Assembly (NCBI GenBank): GCA_965242585.1
Contig: OZ251460.1
Coordinates: 2,766,692 to 2,830,691, forward strand
Direction of reading: 5' to 3'
Length of the DNA stretch: 64,000 nt
Source of the DNA: Limisphaerales bacterium
Lineage (GTDB): Bacteria > Verrucomicrobiota > Verrucomicrobiia > Limisphaerales > AAA164-E04
How positions within the stretch are numbered: the stretch's first letter is position 1; the number at the start of each line of letters is the position of its first letter. The position numbers were made by a program, and so were the translations under genes. The notes beneath the pieces are model-generated. The model worked only from the letters and a program-made list of their open reading frames with translations. It ran no database searches and was not told the origin of the DNA. Shown one piece after another: positions 44,893 to 52,671 of this stretch.

Positions 44893-47800
44893 ATGCCTGA
44901 AGACAAAGAGAACAACGAACCAACCGAAAACACAGCGCAAGAAGCCCTGCGAAAAATGCGTGACAAACTGCTCGACCTCACGGCGAGAAATCCCTTGCTC
45001 CACTTGCGCCATACCAGAACCAGCCTGCGAGTTGTCGACGAACTGCCCAATCAACTAGCCGAAACCCTGCTCAATGAAACAGAAATGCGTTTCTTGCCGA
45101 TGCCGAATCCCATCGAAGAGGAATGGATGGAAGAAGGTTGCGGCAAGAAACCCACAGCCGAAGAATGGGCCAAACACTTAGGACAGACTACGGACTACGA
45201 AGCGCCAGAATTGTCACCAGAGGAATGGCGCCGACGTCATACGGACAACGAAATTCAAACACTCTTCTATCCCGCCGAATTGGAAAAACGTCTCAAAACT
45301 CTGTTTCAAAAAGCCAACTTGGCCATTGAAGAAATGGGAACTAACATCCTCTACCTCGCCTTAGGCTTCCTAGAATGGTACGAATCAGACGACAGCAAAG
45401 TTCCCCGCCTGGCGCCCTTGTTTCTGCTCCCTCTCCAATTGACCAAGGGAAGTCTGGACGCCAAAACATCCACTTATAGATACACAATTAAATACTCCGG
45501 GGAGGACATCATGCCCAACCTCTCCCTGCGCGAAAAACTCGGCGCCGACTTCAGTATGAAACTGCCTGGGCTCGACGAAAACAAAATCCCCGAAGCCTAC
45601 TTTGAAGAAGTTCAGGAAATGATTGCGAAAAACAAACCGCGCTGGAAAGTGCGCCGCTATGTGACCGTCGCCTTGCTCAACTTCAACAAATTGTTGATGT
45701 ATCTTGATATGGACCCGGAGGAGTCCAACATCCTTGATCATCCGCTGGCAAAACAATTCCTTGGCGAAGCTGACGAAAAGCAAGAGAAAAACCAATCAGG
45801 CGACGGCGTTAACTTCAGCAAAGAGCATCCCATTGACGAAACACCCAACATTCATGACAACTACCCTTTGATTGACGACGCGGACAGCTCTCAACATAGC
45901 GCCTTAATTGACGCTATAGATGGAAAGAATTTAGTCATTGAAGGGCCTCCGGGAACCGGCAAATCCCAAACCATCACCAACTTGATTGCCGCCGCTCTGT
46001 TCAATGGCAAGAAAGTCCTTTTCGTCGCCGAAAAACTGGCCGCATTGGAAGTCGTGCAACGACGGCTGGAACAAGCCGGATTGGGTGAGTTTTGTCTAGA
46101 ACTACACAGCCACAAATCTCAAAAGCAAAAAGTGCTTGGAGAAATTGAAAAACGAATGAACACCCACTATCGATCAACATACCTTCCAACAGCCGACATA
46201 GTGGACATTGAAGCGAACATCCAACACTATGAAGAACTAAAAGAGAAACTAAAAAGCCACGCCGAACACATCAACCAACCGTGGAAACAAACCAAAAAGA
46301 CGCCTCACGAAATCTTTGCAGCGGCGACTCGCTATCGCAAAGCCATCAATCCCATTCCTTTGGAAAAACTGCACCCCGAAGGATATCATGGCGGCAACTA
46401 TGATCTTGGCGCCCAACTCCGCCATGAAGGCCAAGTGAAAGCCTTTCGCAAAGTCTGGGAAGGAGTCGCCGCTCAACTTGACGAAGGAATGAACCTGGAG
46501 TCCCATCCTTGGTACGGAGTTTGCAATGTTAATCTGCTCCCCATAGATATGGATAAAGTGAAAAGCTTGCTAGAAACATGGCAACAAAGTTTGCAGAACT
46601 TGCGAGAACAAAGAGCGGCAATCATCCGAATGTCCAGTTGCGAATCGGACGGTTTTACGGAGACTTTGAAAGGTCTTTCGGACTTGTTGACCGATTGGGA
46701 AAACCTGCTCAAAAGCCTACCTCCAATACAAGACAATGAACTGTTAGAATGTCTGCCCAAGTTGCGTGGAGAGACGTTGCAAAGAGCGCGACGCTTTCGT
46801 CAATTGTCCAGTGACCTTCAAGGGCGTTACGCATCTCTCGCCCAGAAGGGGACTCAAGCAATTTTGCAAGACCTCTCCGTCGTTGACGGCCTGCTAGACG
46901 GTATCAAGCAATTAAAACAATGGGTTGGCAAAACGGTCACTCTATACGATTTATCAAAAGCAATCGAGGATTTGAAAACCATTCAAGATGCATTGAACCA
47001 ATTGAAAGAACCCTTGCAAGGGTTCGTCGAATCCTTCCCTCAGGCAATCCAAACCAAATACTTTCCTTATACTAAGGTAGGACTTGTCGATAAGGTGGAA
47101 CTTGTCGAGTTTAAAACCGCCATTAAGATCATTGCCAGCTTGGATCCCGTTCTCTGGAAATATACGAACCCATCCTTCGATAATGAAGAACTGGACGCAC
47201 TGCTCCCTAAACTGCGGAAGGAGTTGGAAAAAATGTGGTTTCAAAAAATTCCGCAAGAAGTGCTTCCGCCGGAAAATTTGCCCGATGATATAAAGGAACT
47301 GCGAAAGATGCTAAGCACACTCAACACAGGCGGAATTTTCCGCTCCTTGAGTCCCAGTTTCTGGAAGGCGCGCAAGCAACTATTGCGTTGCGCATCCAAC
47401 TTGCCCGCTTGGGAATCATTGCGCCATTGGTATCGCAAAGTGCGACAGGAATATGGATTCGGTTTTAGTTCCAGAGTTGCTTTGGGCGAAGCCATCCTGA
47501 ACCTGCCTGTGAATATTTTCCAAGCCATGCGGTCGTTGTCTCATAAAAAAGCGCCGCAACAATTGGCGGATTTGCTGGAGAAACTCGAAAACCTGAGGAT
47601 GATATTTTCTCCAGTTCCAGAATGGAAAGACGACAACGCTTTGCTTATCGGGAAGGATGGTATTGTGTCGCATACTTTGGCGCAAGTGCAATCAGCGATT
47701 GAGAACTGCGGCATTAACGAGACTATTGCCCAAGTGACAGACGATGATACAACTACGGTGGCGGATATAGTCGATCTTATTGAAAAACTCGGATTGCTCA

Positions 47801-49947
47801 AGCGCAAGGTTGAGGAATGGAAAAAGGAATACGCTCAATTAAATAAAGAAGTATTTCAAGACCGTCTGGACTTGCCGATTGGTCCAGATGCGGACAACAG
47901 CGGGAGATTGGCCGCGCTGGCAAACATTTTGGAGGTTGCCGATTGTCTGAACAAAATGGACGCTGAGCACATACTAATTGGATACATCTACAAGCGACCA
48001 TCTGCTAAAACTTTTCAATCCCTGAAAACCGATGCCGCGCAATTGAGAAAATCCCTTGATGCACAAGAGAATTCTTTTGACGCATTTAAAGAGCGAACTC
48101 AACTAGACGAAAACAGATGGAATCAATGGCGGGGCGATTCCATCCATAATCTAATAAAACGAAATCAAAGCGCGCTCAATAATGTCGCGTCATTGCTAAG
48201 TTGGCTTGCCTACTTGCGAGAGAGAGAACGCACGAACAAAGAGGGTTTAGGAAAACTGGTCAACTGTGTCGAGCAAGGGGATATTGAAGTTTCCCAAGTG
48301 GAATCTGCTTATCAAGTGGGAATCTTTGACTTGTTGTCCCGCGAGATATTTCGGGAAGATTCTGAACTGGCGCGCTTTTCCGGCCTTTCGCAGAAAGCAC
48401 GGCAAGATGCATTCAAGAAGTGTGACAAGCGCCTCATGAAACTGCAACGCAAGCGAATTGCCGAGGGAATTCGTGAGCAAGCGAAAGTTCCCGAGGGTAA
48501 CAGATCTGGCAGGGTTGGAACTTGGACGGATCTTGCATTACTCAAACGCGAGTGCGAAAAGAAAACAAGACACATTCCCATCCGTCAGTTAATTCGGCGA
48601 GCGGGGAACGCTCTAGTTGCTTTAAAGCCTTGCTTTATGATGGGGCCGATGTCCGTTGCTCAGTATCTAGAGCCGGGCAAGTTTCAATTCGATATGGTAG
48701 TGATGGACGAGGCATCGCAGATCAAGCCGGAAGACGCGTTGGGAGCCATCGCCAGAGGGAAGCAGTTGGTAGTAGTTGGTGATACCAAGCAATTGCCTCC
48801 CACTGCTTTTTTCCAAAAATTGGCTGGAGACGACGATGATGACGAAGGAACGGTCATTGAAAGTTCGGAGAGCATCTTGGAAACCGCCCAGTCGATTTTC
48901 CCCAAGCCGTCCCCGCGTCGCCTGCGTTGGCACTATCGATCGCGGCATGAGAGTCTGATCGCCTTTTCCAACCACTTCTTCTACAATGATGATTTGGTGA
49001 TTTTTCCTTCGCCGAACGAAGAAATGGATGATCTCGGCATTCGATACCAACGGGTAAAAAATGGCTGTTTCGTAAGTCAACAAAATAAGGAAGAGGCAAA
49101 GGTGATTGCCCAAGCGGTCCGCGAACACTTTGAAAAACGCCCGAATGAAACCTTGGGCGTCGCCGCTATGAGCGCCAAGCAACGAGATCAAATTGAAAAC
49201 GAGATCGAAATGCTGGCCAAAAAAGACGGTCTTTTCGCAACTCGGTTGAGTAAGGACGCAAAGAGGGCGGAATCCTTGTTTATTAAGAATCTAGAGAACG
49301 TCCAAGGGGATGAGAGAGATGTGATCTTTATTTCTATGACTTACGGCCCGCAACAGCCCGGCGGAAAAGTGCCTCAGCGGTTTGGCCCGATCAACTTAGA
49401 GCATGGTTGGCGGCGCTTGAACGTGCTGTTCACTCGTTCCAAGAAGCGGATGCGCGTTTTTAGTTCTATGGATTCGGGAGATATTCTTATCGAACCAAAT
49501 GCAAAAAAGCGCGGTGTTCGCGCTCTACGTAATTTTTTGAAGTATTGTGAGACGGGCAATCTTCCTCAAAAGAATGAGTCCGGTGCAAACCGGGAACCAG
49601 ACAGCGATTTTGAGATTGCCGTAATGGAGGCGTTGCAACGAAAAGGATTCGAATGTGTTCCTCAAGTGGGTACTGCTGGTTACTTTATTGACGTGGGAGT
49701 CAAGGATCCGGGCAAACCGGGCCGTTATCTAATGGGCATTGAATGCGATGGCGCAATGTATCATTCGGCAAATTCGGTTCGGGATCGAGATCGGCTTCGA
49801 CAACAAATCTTGGAAGGTCTTGGTTGGACGATTCGACGGATTTGGTCCACCGATTGGTTTCACGATCCGAATGCCGAAATCAAGCGCATTGTTAACGAGT
49901 TGCACAAGTTGAAAACAGACGATACAACGCCCGACAATGACGATTGA
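44893..49947 (+). CDS. Giant Upf1/DNA2-like SF1 helicase with DUF4011-like N-terminus and C-terminal DUF559/Vsr-like endonuclease domain
   Basis: The N-terminus has KLLDLTARNPLLHLRH. Walker A is VIEGPPGTGKSQT. About 900 aa of helical spacer follow. Then come motif II/III (VVMDEASQ, VVVGDTKQLPPT), LRWHYRSRHESLI, NVQGDERDVIF and LNVLFTRSKKRM. The C-terminus has DSDFEIAVMEAL..GYFIDVGV..GIECDGAMYHS..RDRDRLRQQILEGLGWTIRRIWSTDW. Confidence 0.9.
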   Translation: MPEDKENNEPTENTAQEALRKMRDKLLDLTARNPLLHLRHTRTSLRVVDELPNQLAETLLNETEMRFLPMPNPIEEEWMEEGCGKKPTAEEWAKHLGQTTDYEAPELSPEEWRRRHTDNEIQTLFYPAELEKRLKTLFQKANLAIEEMGTNILYLALGFLEWYESDDSKVPRLAPLFLLPLQLTKGSLDAKTSTYRYTIKYSGEDIMPNLSLREKLGADFSMKLPGLDENKIPEAYFEEVQEMIAKNKPRWKVRRYVTVALLNFNKLLMYLDMDPEESNILDHPLAKQFLGEADEKQEKNQSGDGVNFSKEHPIDETPNIHDNYPLIDDADSSQHSALIDAIDGKNLVIEGPPGTGKSQTITNLIAAALFNGKKVLFVAEKLAALEVVQRRLEQAGLGEFCLELHSHKSQKQKVLGEIEKRMNTHYRSTYLPTADIVDIEANIQHYEELKEKLKSHAEHINQPWKQTKKTPHEIFAAATRYRKAINPIPLEKLHPEGYHGGNYDLGAQLRHEGQVKAFRKVWEGVAAQLDEGMNLESHPWYGVCNVNLLPIDMDKVKSLLETWQQSLQNLREQRAAIIRMSSCESDGFTETLKGLSDLLTDWENLLKSLPPIQDNELLECLPKLRGETLQRARRFRQLSSDLQGRYASLAQKGTQAILQDLSVVDGLLDGIKQLKQWVGKTVTLYDLSKAIEDLKTIQDALNQLKEPLQGFVESFPQAIQTKYFPYTKVGLVDKVELVEFKTAIKIIASLDPVLWKYTNPSFDNEELDALLPKLRKELEKMWFQKIPQEVLPPENLPDDIKELRKMLSTLNTGGIFRSLSPSFWKARKQLLRCASNLPAWESLRHWYRKVRQEYGFGFSSRVALGEAILNLPVNIFQAMRSLSHKKAPQQLADLLEKLENLRMIFSPVPEWKDDNALLIGKDGIVSHTLAQVQSAIENCGINETIAQVTDDDTTTVADIVDLIEKLGLLKRKVEEWKKEYAQLNKEVFQDRLDLPIGPDADNSGRLAALANILEVADCLNKMDAEHILIGYIYKRPSAKTFQSLKTDAAQLRKSLDAQENSFDAFKERTQLDENRWNQWRGDSIHNLIKRNQSALNNVASLLSWLAYLRERERTNKEGLGKLVNCVEQGDIEVSQVESAYQVGIFDLLSREIFREDSELARFSGLSQKARQDAFKKCDKRLMKLQRKRIAEGIREQAKVPEGNRSGRVGTWTDLALLKRECEKKTRHIPIRQLIRRAGNALVALKPCFMMGPMSVAQYLEPGKFQFDMVVMDEASQIKPEDALGAIARGKQLVVVGDTKQLPPTAFFQKLAGDDDDDEGTVIESSESILETAQSIFPKPSPRRLRWHYRSRHESLIAFSNHFFYNDDLVIFPSPNEEMDDLGIRYQRVKNGCFVSQQNKEEAKVIAQAVREHFEKRPNETLGVAAMSAKQRDQIENEIEMLAKKDGLFATRLSKDAKRAESLFIKNLENVQGDERDVIFISMTYGPQQPGGKVPQRFGPINLEHGWRRLNVLFTRSKKRMRVFSSMDSGDILIEPNAKKRGVRALRNFLKYCETGNLPQKNESGANREPDSDFEIAVMEALQRKGFECVPQVGTAGYFIDVGVKDPGKPGRYLMGIECDGAMYHSANSVRDRDRLRQQILEGLGWTIRRIWSTDWFHDPNAEIKRIVNELHKLKTDDTTPDNDD

Positions 49948-50081
49948 GAAATAGAAGAAGAAAAACCAACTGAATTTTCCGCAAATCTAACAACTATATG
50001 ATGTTCATTAAAAACAAGGAGATTCTTGAGTTTGGGTAAAAGTGGAGAAGATATAAAAAGTTTTCTATAAGATTTGGTGGT

Positions 50082-50573
50082 TTAGCGGAGTTCGTGGCGT
50101 TGGGGTGTGCGGGTGCGGGTGTCGATGGTGACAAAGGTAGAAGTTCCAGTGAGACCGCCAAAGATTTCGCCGGGGTTGACGAGAATGGTTTTGTTGGTTT
50201 GAGAGATTTCGAATTGGTGGTTGTGGCCGAAGCAGACGACATCATAGCGGCCGGATTGGGCAAAGACCCGGCCAACGTTGTCGTAGTGAGTTAAACCGAA
50301 TCGGCAGCCGTCGATGGCAATTTCCGCCATTTCGCCATGGAGTTGTATATGAGGAAAGGCGCGGCTGTTTTGCGTGATGCGAAAGAGATCGCCGTCGTTA
50401 TTGCCAAAGACGATGTGGATGTCGCGGGAGTAGTTCTGGCCAAGTTCATTGACGATGAAGGGGGAGCAGAGGTCGCCGCAACAAAGGAGAGCGTGGGTAT
50501 GTTGGAGTTGTTCTAATGCTCGGCGGAGGGCGCCGATATTGTCGTGAATGTCTGACAGGATGCCGACTTGCAT
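50082..50573 (-). CDS. YfcE/MJ0936-family metallophosphoesterase
   Basis: MQVGILSDIHDN, CCGDLCSP, VFGNNDGD, GHNHQ. Confidence 0.85.
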   Translation of the reverse strand: MQVGILSDIHDNIGALRRALEQLQHTHALLCCGDLCSPFIVNELGQNYSRDIHIVFGNNDGDLFRITQNSRAFPHIQLHGEMAEIAIDGCRFGLTHYDNVGRVFAQSGRYDVVCFGHNHQFEISQTNKTILVNPGEIFGGLTGTSTFVTIDTRTRTPQRHELR

Positions 50574-50606
50574 GGTTGTGTTGAGGGGAGTTGTCCGCCG
50601 GGAAAT

Positions 50607-52076
50607 TCAGAGAGCGAGGTTTTCGGGGATGTTGACCAGTGTGTAGTAGATTTCTTCGTGCAGGAGGGGGATGCCGTTGTGGTTGGTTAGGTTTTTGAGG
50701 CGGAGTTCGTGAACATAGCCGGCGCGGAGAGCGTCAACGGCGAGGACGACGCTTTTGGCGTCTGGAGAAACCGTTGCGGCCATGATTTTGAGTTGTTTTT
50801 TGTCGGCTTCGGGGCCGCCGTAGCGGCTTTCGAGTTTGTAAGTGTAGCTTTCGCCGGAGTAGTTGGCGGGATTGCCGGCTTTGGCGGGGTCTGCGGGCTG
50901 GGTAAAGGCAAGTTTGAATCCGTTTGGTTGCGCCTGAACGGAATGGACTTCAAAAGGGATTTTGCCGGTCCAGCGGAGTCGTTGGAGGCCCCAAGGACGA
51001 TTGCCCCGCCCGCCCCAGCCGGCGTTGGACTGGCCGACGAAGAGGGAGTGGTCTTTGCCGAAGCAGATGCGGATGATGCCGCATTGAAAGCCTTCGCGGA
51101 AGGGGATGCAGGCGCCTTGCCAGTGGCCGCCTACTTTTTCCAGCACGACGCGCATAACGCTGGCGTGATGTTGGTCGGCGACAAAGAGTTGCCCGGCGAA
51201 GGGTCCGAAGCCTCCTTCGGTCAAGTCCCACTTCATTCCGCTGGGACTTTTGCCCATTTTGTCGTAGGGAAACCAGACGGCGGGCATTTTGAAGTGCGGA
51301 TTTTGCAGGCGCATGTCCTTCATAAAAGTGCCGGAGACGGGTTGGGGAAAGTCGTTGAAGGGCGGCCCGGCGAGATTTTTGGTGATGAGTCCGTGTGGAT
51401 GGCCGTGGTAGTCGCCAAATTGGAGGTGGGAGAGTTTGGAGGCGTTGCACCATTCGCCTTGGTTGTCGGTGTAAAACATGTCGCCCCAAGGGCTGTTTTC
51501 GATGCCGGCGGGCGAGCGCAGTCCGGCGGAAACGGGAAGCATTTTGCCGGTTTTGGGGTCGATGCGGACGGCCCAGCCTCGCCAATGGGCGCGGCCATAA
51601 GGTTCACCGCCAAAGGGTTTGTTGGTGGCGACCCAAAGCAAGCCTTCGGGGCCGAGCCGAGGTCCGAAGTTGTATTCGTGGTAGTTGCCGCTGATTTCCC
51701 AGTCATCGCAGACGGTCTCGAAAAGGTCGCATTGATCATCGCCGTCGACGTCTTTCATGCGGGTGAGCTCGCCGCGTTGCGCGGTGTAAATCCAGCCTTC
51801 GTGTTCTAAAAGTCCGAGAGGTTGCGCAATTCCCCGCGCCCAGAGTTTGAAGGAGGCTTTTTCTGGCGAACCATAGGCGTTTTCGATGAGGTAAATTTCT
51901 CCGGTGCGCGTGCCGACCATCATGCGTCCGTCTGGCCGAAGCATCATGGCGCCGACTTCCATGCGAAGATGATCCGCCGGCAAGGTGTCGATGTGGTAGA
52001 ATTCGGATTCCTCCGCCGAGACGGCCAAAGCGAGACCGACCGGCAAAATTGCGGTGTAAGTTTTCAATCGTAGCAT
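50607..52076 (-). CDS. Beta-propeller dehydrogenase-like protein (Pirellula/Verrucomicrobium 'membrane-bound dehydrogenase' type)
   Basis: Lies in ORF 50607..52121. The first 15 codons fall inside the helicase relic, so the ATG at 52076 (MLRLKTYTAILPVGLALAVSA signal) is preferred. It has repeated aromatic/Gly propeller-like segments. It is adjacent to a multi-heme partner, as is common for this family. Confidence 0.65.
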   Translation of the reverse strand: MLRLKTYTAILPVGLALAVSAEESEFYHIDTLPADHLRMEVGAMMLRPDGRMMVGTRTGEIYLIENAYGSPEKASFKLWARGIAQPLGLLEHEGWIYTAQRGELTRMKDVDGDDQCDLFETVCDDWEISGNYHEYNFGPRLGPEGLLWVATNKPFGGEPYGRAHWRGWAVRIDPKTGKMLPVSAGLRSPAGIENSPWGDMFYTDNQGEWCNASKLSHLQFGDYHGHPHGLITKNLAGPPFNDFPQPVSGTFMKDMRLQNPHFKMPAVWFPYDKMGKSPSGMKWDLTEGGFGPFAGQLFVADQHHASVMRVVLEKVGGHWQGACIPFREGFQCGIIRICFGKDHSLFVGQSNAGWGGRGNRPWGLQRLRWTGKIPFEVHSVQAQPNGFKLAFTQPADPAKAGNPANYSGESYTYKLESRYGGPEADKKQLKIMAATVSPDAKSVVLAVDALRAGYVHELRLKNLTNHNGIPLLHEEIYYTLVNIPENLAL

Positions 52077-52099
52077 AGTTTCTATCAAGGTTCGTCTTT

Positions 52100-52648
52100 T
52101 AGGGAAGATTGCCCGTTTCACAATACTTCAAAAAATCACGCAGGGCGTGAACGCCGCGCTTTGTATTTGGTCCGACAAGAATATCTCCCGAATCCATAGA
52201 ACTAAAAACACACATTCGCTTTTTTTGAACGAGTGAACAGCACGTTCAAGCGCCGCCAACCATGCTCTGAGTGGATCGGACCAAATCGCTGAGGCACTTT
52301 TCCGCCGGGCTGTTGCGGGCCGTAAGTCATAGAAATAAAGATCACATCTCGCTCATCCCCTTGAACGTTCTCTAAATTCTTAATGAATAAGGATTCCGAT
52401 TTCGATTTCTTTGCGTCTTTACCTAACCGAGTTGCGAAGAGACCGTCTTCTTTGGCCAACATTTCGATCTCGTTTTCGATTTGATCTCGTTGCTTCAAAC
52501 TCATAGTAGCCACGCCTAAAGTTTCGTCCGGGCGCTTTTGAAAGGGTTCGCGAACCGCCTGAACAATCATGTTTGCCTCTTCCTTATTATGTTGATCCAC
52601 AAAACAGCCATCCTTTACCCGTTGGTATCGAATGTCGAATTCATCCAT
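52100..52648 (-). pseudogene. Relic of a second helicase copy (motif V-VI region only), inverted relative to the intact gene
   Basis: ORF 52202..52648 reads MDEFDIRYQRVKDGCFV...NVQGDERDVIFISMTYGPQQPGGKVPQRFGP..GWRRLNVLFTRSKK. This is collinear with helicase residues encoded at 49024 onward. It frameshifts after TRSKK. Nucleotide similarity continues to about 52100 (..ttttgaagtattgtgaaacgggcaatcttcc). Confidence 0.85.
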
Positions 52649-52671
52649 TTTTAAGTGTCTTTCGTTGTCGT

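Noticed and set aside
44773-45054. Longer histidine-kinase start (45054 or 45012) that would add two hydrophobic segments.
   Set aside because: It would overlap the helicase start codon region by 120-160 nt on the opposite strand. It also lies in a G-poor low-complexity tract typical of intergenic DNA here. It is kept only as an alternative, because membrane anchoring cannot be excluded.
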